A stretch of 64,000 nt of DNA from the human T2T-CHM13v2.0 reference genome, Homo sapiens, in NCBI RefSeq assembly GCF_009914755.1, contig NC_060942.1; one strand, 5' to 3'. Shown one piece after another: positions 36,503 to 49,290 of this stretch. Every line of letters starts with the position of its first letter. The first letter of the stretch is position 1. The notes below the pieces were generated by a model, which was not told where the DNA came from, ran no database searches, and saw only the letters and a program-made list of their open reading frames with translations. The position numbers and the translations under genes were made by a program.

Positions 36503-39500
36503 ACTCTACATAGAAACTGAACATCAAGAACCCCACCAAAATATTACTTTTAAAAACAATGACAAACCACACAATTGTTGTTGAGTAAACCACGCACAAT
36601 GGCATGTCTTTCTTTTTCTGCCAGAAAATCTATTTTAAGAAACCAGAATAGTCAACAGTGTTCAAAAGAATTGACTAGTTATCCCTGAGGCCCTTTCAAA
36701 CATGATCAAAGATTTCCCAATGTGATCTCATCATCATGGATACTCAATTTGTTTTTTCTTATAGAGAAAATGAGTATATAAGACAATATACAAGAAGAAA
36801 TATCAGTGAGTTTTAAATCAGAACAAGTTACCTGTCACATTGAAGAAAAGGGTAGGCACTAAAGGGAGAACACAGAAAGAAGAATTTCTAAAATATTGGA
36901 TTTACTTCTTATATTGAGTCAGATGCATACTTTTAGATTTGCATTGGGGAAAATGTACTAGCTAAAAATGGATACACAATGAAGAATTCTATTTGGCTAA
37001 TTAAGAATGATATACTATGTACACCCAATAAGCTGTACTAGAATGAATAAATTACTGATAAGGTTACAAATAGGTAAATGTCACACTTCTGTTAAAATGT
37101 AGGAGATAGTGTCATAATGCCGTCTTTATATTCTTAATAAATAGCACTTTGACAAGAACAGGACTGTAAATGACGAAGTACAAGACAAATACCCTGGGAA
37201 AAAAAATGAAAGTATGAGAAATTGGCATTTCTACAGCTGAAATTCAATGTATCTGTTAGAGATGTCTGGAAGGGTTACTTAGCCAAATTTTACTCAAGCC
37301 AATTAGGAGCTGATATTATCAGTTGGAATTAAGAGAACTCCAGAGGTTTCCATTTCAAACAAAATTTTAGAAATTGGTTTGGTGTTCAGCTTCACATTTC
37401 ATTTTTTCTTAGCACATGTTGATAAAATAGTCACAAGGAGAAATTACCAGTTACGGTTTATTAAATCTCTTTTAAAATGCAGTCAAGGAAAACTAGCCTT
37501 GAATTTTTTTTAGATAAAATAAGATGGTGATATGAAACAAAAAGTGGCAATTATTGCAGGTTTCCTTTTAGTTTACAAAAGTACTGGAAACTAAATCATA
37601 TTTCTTCCCTCCAAATTTCACCCATTCCTGACTTTGAATCAATTGCAGAAATGCAGGTGTGTTACTTTGTTGATCAATAACTTTGGAACAATTATGGATC
37701 AATTCTATGGTCACTCTGAATTTTCATGTCATTAATCACATAAAAATTGATAATACCTCATTCTGTATTACAATATGATTTTATTTTGCCAAAGGCAAGA
37801 CACCTATAGTTGAGCTGTATTTTGGGGGATTGGGTGAGGAAGGACTTCTATCTTATCTCAACAAAAAACTGGCCAGTATTTTTGTTAATGTAAAGCTTCC
37901 TTTTCTTTCTAAAAAATAGTAACAAAATTATTTTTCATTGGCCTATTCTGTTCTTGTGTCTAAACTAACATTACATTAATTTTTAATCTTAGTTTCTGAT
38001 AAACACAAGCCATTCCTATCAAAATATTATTTATTTCAGTCAATTTTACCAAATAACAAAGACAATATATTTTCGTTTTTTTTTTATTATGAGCATATGA
38101 TTTTTTGACAGGCTGTTTCCTCGTCGTATAGATTTTTTCCAATCAAACCTACTTTTTCCATACTCTGTGCATATTTTTTGTGAAGTTATACACATTGAAG
38201 ACCCTAAAAATCCCAGTCCATCATTCAGCTTACCTCTGCGAACTTCTATCTGGTATTGAATCAGTTTCAGAAACACAGACAGATCCAAGGAAATGTCTCT
38301 TTATAATGTTCTTAGGATGGACTAGACCCATAAATGTGCCATGAATCAAAATATTAATAATTTGAAAGCTTTCATGCTGTTAGCCCCTGATGAAATTCTC
38401 AGCATTAACTGGCCAGCTCCTCTGATTTCTGCAGCATCGCAACAGGTTCGAAGATGGGTTGTGGCTGGGTATTCCCTCCCATGGTGTTTCCTCTGGGATG
38501 CTCTTCATTATCTCAATGCCTGTACCATGAAGATAGAAAACTGTAAGCTAACATTTAAGATGTTTCTTCTGGAAGGAAAGTGAGCAGGAACAAGTTATAT
38601 TGCCACTGCTGTGGCAAATTTTGGTGAACTTTTGGGGTCATTATATCAATTTTTTCTTTGGATTCAAATTGTAATGTCCCCTGCATTTCCTTAATAGGGA
38701 ATGTGAAACCTTTATAAAACTCTAAAAGTATTCTGTTTTGATATGTCTTTTTGTTTCTATTCATTTTCAGTTATATGATTGATTTACTTATGCCAAGATT
38801 CTGTCACTGTCAGTTATTTAATGAGTGTTTTTTCAGGGTCTGTTTTAAGATCATTATTTGATAGCTGTAGCATGAAGCAGAGGTTGATGATGCCCATAAT
38901 TGCAAGACTATTCCTGTAAAAATAACAATTATTGGGTAATAACTTCAAGAGGAATGAGAAGTGACAAAATTGATTTAAAATATTGTTCTACTTATAAATA
39001 AATGCTTGATATAAAAAATTTTCTCCATAAAGTTTGACATCTGACCCCAGATTCTATGTAATCATTATTAGAAATTCCTTCTCTCATTATTTCAGGATTA
39101 GTAGTTCTGTGTAATTCATTTTACAATTTCAAATTGTTCTGGTGCCATAAAGTATACAGACTACTTTAAAGATTTCCAAATCCCCTAATTTACCCCACAA
39201 CAGCATGTAATTTTAGCCAAGATATGTCCTGTTACTAAGTATCTCCCAATGCTTTAGTAAAACGTATTTAGGAGAAATGTTGAAAATGTACATGAAGCTC
39301 CTTTCTGATATAGAAACCATTTCTGGAGTATTTACACTGGTTTGATGTTTACATTGCTCTAACTCGGTGCCTCAGATACCTCTGTGACCAAATTTGTCTC
39401 CAACCACATAGCTCATTTCCTATAATGTTATATCATAGGAAGCCCTCACAGAGACACTAACACAGCTAAAGATCTTCTGATATTATCAGCAAGGGATGCA

Positions 39501-42500
39501 AGGACTTTATTGGAATCTGGAGAGTTTAACTGCCTTCTCTTGGTCTCCTCACTTACTTCTTATGAAGTTGGCATTACCTGAGACTCTTAGCTGTGATTAG
39601 GTACAAGCTTACCTTTTAGGGTAGAAAAAGAAAGATCATTTGAAAAATGTATCTAAAATAATCCAGAGAACATAATGTTTGTCTTGGTCTGATAATGATA
39701 AGAAGTCAAGGATTGGCAGAGAAAATACTAAACGCCAAGAGTTGAGCCTGTGGGTCTCTCCATAAGAGTTTTAAAACTCTTGCCAGTTACCACTTTATCC
39801 AATTTGCTATCATTTTCGTATTATCAGCTATCGCCCTGTAAAATATTCAAAACTAGCTATTTCTAAAGTAAACATTTTATCTGTTACTTTTAACCAGATA
39901 GGTGTCTTTGTCATCCTTCTACTATAAATTGTTCTTTGCCAACCTGTACAGGTAGATGAACCAGGCGAGAGTTTTAATCAGCCTTTTCTTGTCCCCTTTG
40001 TAAGAAAGAGATGCTTGCCATAGAGAAGGACATGAGTACATTAAAAATAATTTAATAGCCACAATATGATGTTCTTTAAGCTGCAAATTGAGTACACTGG
40101 GAATCAACAAATTTGATGAAGCCTGTCTGTCTCTTCACCAGTGGAGTGAGTGCAGCAGTTAGAAAGAGAAGCAATATTGTGCAACTGGTGCAGTGGTGAG
40201 TTAATCATAGTGTATAACCTTGTGTTCATGAAACAGGTTGTTCATTGTTCTGCATCTCTCTTCATTTAAAAAGGATACACAATTCTTTCCTCATTGCATA
40301 TTACACCAAACGTTTGAGGGAAAAATCCTCATTCGTAAAGGATTTTGGATTTATAATCTAAAACTCAACAATAAAGAAATAATATTCCAAGTCTCTGGTT
40401 TCCTAAGATACATAATAACTGTTTATAAAGAAGGTCTAAGAGCTGATATTTGCCAAAGTGATAGAAGAGTTGTTTTTTCCTCTCTACTACCAAGCTTTAA
40501 GACATTAAAAGAAGTCTAGTGTATTTGAATATTTTAGAGAAAGCTTTATCATTTTTTAAGATGCCAAGATGCTGCCTACGTTTGCAAAAGTTGTCTAAGA
40601 ATTCACCATGAGCTATATTTTCTTCTGGATCTTTGACCAAGGTGATGTCAGCTTATTTCTGGGGAAGGTGTTGAGCTCTTATACATGAAAATGGATATAG
40701 GCTATTCTCTGGGATGAGTGTCATTTCAATGCTTTATAAATCCATGAAGCTGCTTGTCTCATAAAGTAGAACTGATACAAATTTTGGTTGGATATATAGA
40801 GAATTTTATAAATGTATTGCCTTAGAATTTCTGGGTGGAGACCCAACTACAATGACATTGTCATGCAAGAACTATAAAGATAATTAGAGTTAAAAGTTGT
40901 TTAAATTGTGCCCTTAAATACAGCAGAACCTGGAGAAGGTCATACTTCAAAGGTCGATTTTGAGTCCGAATAAAGAAAGACCTAGTAACAGATAGTTTTT
41001 TTTTGTTCATTTTCTTCTACCAAGTAGAGGTTTATGCCCTCAGAACTAAACTAGTAAAAATATCTGAACAAAAAACCTTTCGTTGTTGGCATAAAAATGT
41101 GATACACTTAGAGACATTTTGTTTATTGCATATAAATCTAATTTTTCCATAAATTAGATTTATGATATTTTCATAAAGCACTTGATTAGTTTTTCAAGGC
41201 GTACCATCACAAAGATGCTTTCCTGCAGAGTTCTTTGTATCAACAGCCTATGGTTGAGATGTTTTCTCATTTCCTGTAGAGAGAGAATACCACTAACAAA
41301 CAAGCAAAAACTTTAGTGCCAAAATAGTGGAACTATTTTGTCATCTTTTGAGAAAAAAATATACAAAGAAGTCATCTTTTCATTAAGTGGATTCCCTGGT
41401 TCCTTTCCAGCTGGTTGTGGAAGTAATGGCTAACATCCTTCAGCTGACTTTGTCTACAAGGATTATTAGCAAATTCTGTAGGAGCAAGCATGTCTGACCT
41501 TAACTTAATGGATCCCTTATTCAATCAGTGGCTTCTGTCTTTATGTCTGTTGGCATATCAAAATGGTTTCTGTTCCTAGAAAAGTAATAACATATGCTTA
41601 TCTTTATTCTTTTTCCAGGTGATTTTGTTTTCAAATGCTCCTTGTGAAAACACCTAGTGTTGTAGAAAGGAAAGTGGCCAGAAAGAACAACTTGGGACCA
41701 TGAGTAGGTCATTAAATAGCTTAGTGATTTATCCTCATATAGGGCTTATAAACCCTGTATGTGTTTATATGTGCTTCACAGAGTTCGTGTCAGGCTCAAA
41801 GGAGATATGTATAAGAAAGTGGTTTGTAAATTATGTTCCATTTCATAAATAGACACTATTCACAAACTAAAATCTAATAAAAAACCACAGTTGTAATTTA
41901 AACTGCTTGATATAAAAAGAGGTATCATAGCAGGGAAAACACACTAATTTTCATACAGTAGAGGTATTGAAAACTGAAAATGGGAAGGCAACTTGAAGTC
42001 ATTGTATTTGATTGAAAATGTTTAATACATCTCATTATTGACAAAATATGTCATCTTGTATTTATTTCAAGGAAACCAATGAATTCTAGGTAGTATATTA
42101 CAAGTTGGTCAAAATATTCCATGTACAAATAGGGCTTCTGTGTCCATAGCCTTGTAAGAGATACTGATTGTATCTGAAATTATTTTTTAAAAAAATAAAT
42201 TATCCTGCTTTAGTGTGTTAAAAGTAGACGATGTTCTAATATAACACTGAAGTGCTTCATTGTATCCCAACAGTTTACCTTCAAGTAATATTATCTTTAT
42301 TTTTAGGCTAAGCACGTTTGATTATTTTGTCTGTCTCCTATATAGATCTGTTTTGTCTAGTGCTATGAATGTAACTTAAAACTATAAACTTGAAGTTTTT
42401 ATTCTATATGCCCCTTAATAGACTGTGGTTCCTGACGCACACTGTTAGGTCATTATTTTGTTGTACCAAAGTTCTAGTGGCTTCAGAAATCATAGCATCC

Positions 42501-42600
42501 AATGATTTTTTGGTGTCTGGCTATGAATACTATGGTTGAGAATTGTATTCAGTGATTGTTTCTGCACACTTTTCAAATAAAAAATGAATTTTTATCAATT
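36503..42600 (+). other. RAB27B: RAB27B long 3'UTR (~6.1 kb)
   Basis: AT-rich tract after the stop with no obvious interspersed repeats. It ends at AATAAA 42576-81 followed by T/GT-rich sequence. The 3' end is inferred. Confidence 0.75.
42576..42581 (+). terminator. Likely distal polyadenylation signal of RAB27B
   Basis: AATAAA followed by TTTTTATCAATTATTTTCTGT and a T/GT-rich downstream tract. Confidence 0.65.
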
Positions 42601-44339
42601 ATTTTCTGTACTCAAAGCAACTTTATTTCTGTGCTGAAGTTGAGTGTATGGTGAGTGGGGAACATTAAACCAATATTAGCATGGAACTTGTATCACATTA
42701 AAAATGGATTCCATTCCCAACTAGGAAATAAGTGATTTGGACTTAGCAAAGTGATTTTTACTTACCTCTCCAAACTTTTCATTAATTATTTAAAGACTGG
42801 GCTTTGTGAGTGAATTTTTAAAATAATTTTGAAGGAAACATTTATTAAACTTAGCAATTAACATGTTGAAGTGTTCACTAGTACATAAGCACTTCCACGT
42901 ATTATAACCTATTTCTTCTCCATAAGAAAATGCTGAGCGGGTGGTGGTATCTACCTTAGTGGCACACTGGTGAAAGATGGTGTTCGAGGCCGACTCCAGA
43001 CCACAACTGTACAGCTTCCTTTACAACGTTCATTTGCAAAGGCTGACTTGTTCCCAGAGTGGATCTCCCTCCATATGTTACTTAGATTGGCTTTGCCAAG
43101 ATAATGATGAGTTCTTAATTTAAAGATAAACAGCTCTCCCACTGCAGGCAAATAAATCCTTGGCACCATTCTCTCAACTTTATTCCCCAGTAGCAATAAT
43201 GCTGTTTCTCACAGGCAGAATCTTTTGCCCACTGGGTTCATCTTAAATAATTCAAGATAAGTAATTGAGAACTCATTTTTCTTAATGGTTTTATAGAATT
43301 TTTAAAAAGTCACAGCATGCCCCATATTGAGGAAAAATAAAATAGAGCTGCTGGACATTCACTGTAATTATAGAATTTCTGTTTTTAAAGCCATATATAA
43401 GGTGTATTATTCACAGTTCTCCATGCCAAGGAGAATTTCATTTCTAATATGGATTGCTACTTGTGGGGAAAGAATAGCCATAATAGTGTGAGCATGGCTG
43501 TTCTCTTAGAAACTCATTTAGCTGACTTGCATTACAGCTTAGGAAGCCTATACACTAATTAAGATTTAACTAAAGCTATATTATAGGTACTCAATGTTTT
43601 GTGATGGTAATCTGACTTTTGCAATTACCATAGTTTTGGACCATTTCGCTGAGAAAGACAAAAGACTGTCCATTACCAAAAGGATAAAAATTAAAACCAG
43701 CAAGATTACAAGAGAGGATTTCATCTGTTCAATTGATACCCCCAAGAAAGTTACATCATGAGCTCGTTCACTCTCATGAGAAAGTGAACCAGAAGGAGTG
43801 ATTACGAGTTGTGCTGGTTAGAACATTGATTTATGAGTACTCCCACTCTGAGCAACCTTGGGACGTTTCTCCTCCCCTTACTTCCAAGGGCATTTCCTCT
43901 AGCCAAGAGGGGAAGTCAAAGCAAGACCACTTAACTGAACCATCTAGGCTCAGTTTTTCTTTTGATGCTTTTTGCAGAGAACATGGGCTTTCTCAGTATA
44001 TTAGGGAAACTAGACCCAGGAGGGGATTGAGATACAGATTTCAAAAACTTGTTGGCTAATTACTGCTCAGCATTCAAAGAATTGGAAGGATAACTTACTA
44101 ATCAAATAAAAGGAATGATTTATACAAAGGAAATATGACAAAATATATGCATAGGTAAGGATTTAGATGATATTGAGTCTTCCTCTCCTATTTAAATTGC
44201 AAATCTATAGTTAACATTTGTTAAATTATCACCCAATTTAAAATTGAAACCACACTGTCATCCCTAAAACTTCCTATTTGTGGGTTCAGCTTTACTTTTC
44301 TTCAATTCTTCAGACACCTCTGACTGTATTATCTGTCTC

Positions 44340-44508
44340 TCCTCACTAGAATATATTCCCATGAAGGTAAAGACTTTTTCTTTCTTCCCTGCCCCTCCCC
44401 GTATACCCCACCCCCAAACTGCCCACTACTGTAGCCCTGGCATCTAGAACAGTGCCTGGCAAATAGGATGTGATCAATAAATATTCGTTGAAAGAAAAAT
44501 GAGTGAAT
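44340..44508 (+). mobile_element. L2 3' terminal fragment
   Basis: ctagaacagtgcctggcaaatagga...caataaatattcgttgaaagaaaaatgagtgaat. Confidence 0.65.
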
Positions 44509-44747
44509 CCTGCCAGAGAACCTGTTTGGGTGGACTGTAGAATAACAGTGCTCATGTCTTTTACTACTTTATTGAAGCAAATATTATATACAATACATTG
44601 CACATATTTAAACTGTATAAAGTAATGACTACTGTCATGGAATGTTCCCATGAAAAAGTCATCATTTTGAAGACACTGAACATTGCTATGGCCTCCAATG
44701 TTTCCCTGTGCCCTTTTGTAGTCTCTTCCTCCTTCTACTCCTGTCCC

Positions 44748-45187
44748 CAGGACCCTGGAACAATGTGGGGGTTGCAAACACAGACCATCCCCTAACCAGG
44801 AAGTCAAAAATTGGCATATAACTTCTGATTCCCCTAAAACTTAACTACTAATAGTCTGCTGTTGACCAGAAGCCTCACTGATAACATAAACATTCAATTA
44901 ACACATATTTGATATATGTATTATATACTATATTCTTACAATAAAGTAAGCTAGAGAAAAGAAAATGTTATTAAGACAATCCTAAGGAAGAGAAGATATC
45001 CTTACTATTCATTATGTGAAAGTGGATCATCATAAGAGTCTTCATCTTTGTCTTCACACTGAATAGACTGAGGAAGAGGAGGAAGAGGAGGGTTGGTCTT
45101 GCTGTCTTAGGGGTGGCAGAGGCGGAAGAACATTTACATGTAAGTGAACCCTTGCAGTTCAATGCCATGTTGTTCAAGGTCAACTCT
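44748..45187. mobile_element. Tigger2a-like TcMar DNA transposon
   Basis: Degenerate TIRs GACCCTGGAACAA...TTGTTCAAGGTCAAC; internal AAAACTTAACTACTAATAG...CAATAAAGTAAGCTAGAGAAAAGAAAATGTTATTAAG typical of Tigger2. Confidence 0.78.
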
Positions 45188-46709
45188 ACTAATTTGCTGT
45201 CATTATGATGTCATATAGTATATCTTCTTTTTCCCTCTGGCTTCTTTCACTTAGCATAAGGATTTGAGATTTATCCATTGTATATATTGGTTTGTGATTT
45301 GGTCCTTTTATATTGTTGAGTTATATTCCAATATATAAGTGTACCACATTTTGTTTATCTATCTGTTAATGGACATTTGTTTTTAGTTTGAGGCTCTTAC
45401 AAATAAAGTGCTATGAAAATTCACATACAATTCTTTCTGTGGAAAGAATCTTTTGTTTCCCTTGGGCAAAATAATGAGGAATTGAGTGACTAGATCAGAT
45501 GGCAAGTTCATATTTAAATTTTTAAGAAACAGCCTGTTTTCCAAGTGGTTGTACTATTTTTGCATTTCCACTTGTACTAAATGAAAAGTCCAGTTTTTCC
45601 ACATCCTCAGTAATGGCAAGTCCTTTTAATTTTAGTTGTTCTAATGGGTTAGAGTGTTAGACACCACTAATGTGGTATCTCTTAGTGGTTTTAATTTGCA
45701 TTTGACTGTATTAATGTATTAATACAGCTAATGTATTAAGCATTTTTCAGGTGTGTATTTGGCATTTGTATATCTTGTCTTGTAAAGCAATGGTTCAATC
45801 ATTTTTGCCCATTTTTATTGTATTATTATTTTTATGTTTTAAGAGTCTTTATGTATTCAGGATTCAAACCCTATATTTGTTGTGAGTATTTTCTCTAATT
45901 CTATGGCTTACTTTTTGTTTCTCTAGTGGTGTCTTTCAAAAAGCAAAAGAGATGAATTTTAATAAAATTTGATTTATAATTTATTTTTCTTTTTTGGCTT
46001 ATGTTCTTTGTGTGCTATTTTAGAATCTTGCCTGCCTTAATATTGCAAAGAAAATCTACTAGGTTTTCTCCTAGAAATTTTGTAGTTTTAGCTTTACATC
46101 TAGGCATATTGCCCATTTCAGGTTAATTATTGTGTATGGTATTAAGTAAGGATCAATGTTTGTTTGTTCCCCCCACCCCATGCAGACATTTCCAGTATTT
46201 CTGGTACCACTGGGAAGACTTTCCTTCCCCCATTGGATAGCCTTGACATCTTTTTCAAAAATCAATCAATCATCTAGATGGATCTACTTATGCATTCTTT
46301 TTTCCAACCATTGATATGTCTGTCTTTTCACCAACTGCTAATATGTTGATTCTTTTATGTTAATCTTGTACTCTGTGACCTTGTTAACTTCACTTTTTCC
46401 AGTTTTTTTCCTAGCTTTATTGAGATATAATTAACAAATAAAAATTATATATATTTAGGATATATAACATTTTGATATACATAAACATTGTGATTACTAT
46501 AATCAAGCTAATAAGCATATCTATCACTTCACATAGTTACCTTCTGTGTGTGGGGGGTGGGGTGAAAATATTTAAGAACTATACCCTTAGCAAAGTTCAA
46601 GTATACAATATCTGGTAGTTTTGTAGTTTTATTAGAGTTCTCTATATCAATAATTATATGAAATGCAAAAAGTGAATAGTTTTACTTTTTCCTTTCCAAT
46701 CTGTATGCC

Positions 46710-46865
46710 CTTTCCTTCCTTCCTTCCTTCTTCTTCTTCCTCTTCTTGTTTCTTCTTTCACTTTCTTTCTCTTTCTTTTCTTTCTCTTTTTCTTTTTCTT
46801 CTTCCTTTCTATTTTCTTTTCATTTTCTTTTATTTTTCTTTTCATTTTATTTCTTTTCTTTTTCT
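46710..46865 (+). repeat. CT-rich low-complexity (TTTC/TTC) tract
   Basis: Read directly from the sequence. Confidence 0.9.
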
Positions 46866-47256
46866 TGCCATATTCCAATGACTAGGACCTGCAGCACAAT
46901 GTTTAAGACAAGTGGTAACAAAAGCAGGCATCCTTGCCTTTTTCCCACTATCAGTAGGGAAAGCATTAGTCTTTCACCATTAATTATATTAACTGAAAGC
47001 TTTTCATAAATGCTCATTATCAGAAATGATGAAGTTTTCTATGATTCCCAGTTTGCTTAATGTTTTTATCATGAAAAGTTGCTGAATTTTGTAAAGTGAT
47101 TTTTTCATGTACTAAAATTACCATATAATTACTCTCCTTTATTATGTGTATATGGTGAATTACATTAGTTGGTTTTCTAGTGATAAACCAACTTTACATG
47201 CCTAGGATAAATCCCAATTTTCCATAATTCTACCACAACTTTAAACAATTTTTTTG

Positions 47257-47774
47257 TGTAGGGGAAAATAAATATATTTCTTTCCCATCTTAGTTTCATG
47301 GCTGAAGCTCCTATAAGGAAAGATAGATTAATAAGAGACCAATATACAAATCTATTTAAGTTGTATGTAGCATAGGAGCCTTATAAAACAATTAAGACCT
47401 GAAGAGACGGGTAAAGCTGTGTTTTTTAAATGCTAGTTTTGATGAAGATGTGGATAGTTGTGAAGAAGTATATTGGAGAAAAGGAGTATGAGCTAATGTT
47501 AACAAAGTTGGAGGAAATTAGCAAGGCCTGTTTGTTCAGATTCTTCTCTGTGTCCCTGTGTCTTCCAAGATAAGGATATTCCTTTCCGGTGGGTATAAGG
47601 AGGACACCTCTTGAATGAGGGTCATATAGGGGAAAGTTAAAAAAAAATTCTTGCTAGATTTTATGACCTGCTTCAGGGCAGAAGGAGGGAAAGTAAGAGT
47701 GGCCTTCCTGCTTCTGCTGTTTTCTCAAGTGCCAAGGTGCCATGTTTTGGGGTAGCATGTCCTGAAAGCCATCA
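47257..47774 (-). mobile_element. ERV solo LTR (MER34/MER39/MER21 group)
   Basis: Minus strand begins TGATGGCTTTCAGGACATGCTACCCCAAAACATGGCACCTTGGCACTTGAGAAAACAGCAGAAGCAGGAAGG and ends ...CCCCTACA. Subfamily uncertain. Confidence 0.65.
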
Positions 47775-48248
47775 TTAGTATATACATTAATAATAAATCA
47801 ATTAATATTATTACTTAAATCTTTATTGCCTCCTTAATATTTTCCACCAAAAAATAAGAAAGGAAGGAAGGGAGACAAGAAGGAAGTTATAATGATTGCA
47901 ATATTAGTTTGGGGGACTTTTCAATTCTGGGTGGATAGAGTAACTACTTGGATATTGATGAGGATTCTGTATTTATTTGCAGGTCAGAAGAGAGGTAGAG
48001 ATGTTCAAAGTAAACATGAATGAATTTGAGAAGTTGTGTGTGTGTGTATGTGTGTGTGTGTTCCTCTTAATTTTATAACTCTTTTTTCAAATTTAGAGTA
48101 AAAGCTTAGTAGATTTATTTTATTGTCAATTTAAATCCAAGGAAAAGCAGCAGAAAAATTCAGGAAGCTATTTATAAATCTGTTCACTGACCAAAACAAT
48201 ACATATACTATGGATAATGTTGTCATAAACAATCAGATAAAACCTACT

Positions 48249-48580
<332 letters not shown>

Positions 48581-48606
48581 AACTACTTAATTCATTTATG
48601 CATAAT

Positions 48607-48612
48607 TTTAAT
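48607..48612 (-). terminator. Likely polyadenylation signal (ATTAAA) of CCDC68
   Basis: Plus-strand TTTAAT at 48607-12, with a GU/U-rich element 25-75 nt downstream on the minus strand. Confidence 0.55.
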
Positions 48613-49109
48613 ATAAAAAGAAAACCAAACAATTCACACAATGTAGCATCAATTTTCTTTATGGTAAGGCATATTATAAGCAATTATTCAAAAGATATAC
48701 TATACTAATTGTTTAAACATTTTATAATGATAATTTGTAACAACATATGTAATCAAGGTAGAACTAAGTTTCTTTTCTTTTCCTGACTTCATGTATGAAT
48801 TTCAGACCCACCTCAGACCTTCTTATCCAATAAATTCAAGAGTATAATTAGAAGTACATTATTTGGAATAAAACTGAACTAGTGTTTCTTTTCCTATATT
48901 TCCTGTGAAGTACTATTTTAGCTGAATAAATATTATTCCCCCTTGTAATCTTGTTTTTTCACTGAGAAGTGTTTTTTTTTCATAAAAAAATATTTCAAAT
49001 GATAATTTTATGATAGTGGATATAGGAAACAATCCATACATGACGAATAAATGATAAGGCTGATGGTATTATAAAGACAGCTACTCGGGAGGCTGAGGCA
49101 GGAGAATCG

Positions 49110-49290
49110 TTTAGTTTTGGGAAGGGCTATTATAATTTAACCTATAAAGTAAATTTCTCCCAAAGTTAGCTTGGCCCACACTCAGGAACGACCAAGGGCA
49201 GTTTCGAGGCAAGATAGATAGTTAGTTAGGTCAGATCTCTTTCACTGTCATAATTTCCTCACTGTTATCATTTTTGCATAGGTGGTTTCA
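49110..49290 (-). mobile_element. LTR8-like ERV1 LTR 5' fragment inside the CCDC68 3'UTR
   Basis: Minus strand TGAAACCACCTATGCAAAAATGATAACAGTGAG...GACAGTGAAAGAGATCTGACCTAAC...CTAACTTTGGGAGAAATTT matches the recalled LTR8/8A start. Confidence 0.7.

Larger units (their letters stand above)
44560..47230 (-). mobile_element. Old L1M (L1MC/MD-type) 3' region, fragmented, with a nested Tigger2 and a second L1MA-like 3' tip near 46400-46610
   Basis: ctttattgaagcaaatattatatac; ggcttctttcacttagcataag; gtggtatctcttagtggttttaatttgcatt; gcatccttgcctttttcccac: antisense L1. Confidence 0.7.

Noticed and set aside
43766-43789. Imperfect palindrome GTTCACTCTCATGAGAAAGTGAAC between the two genes
   Set aside because: Short and bulged; consistent with chance in 64 kb.
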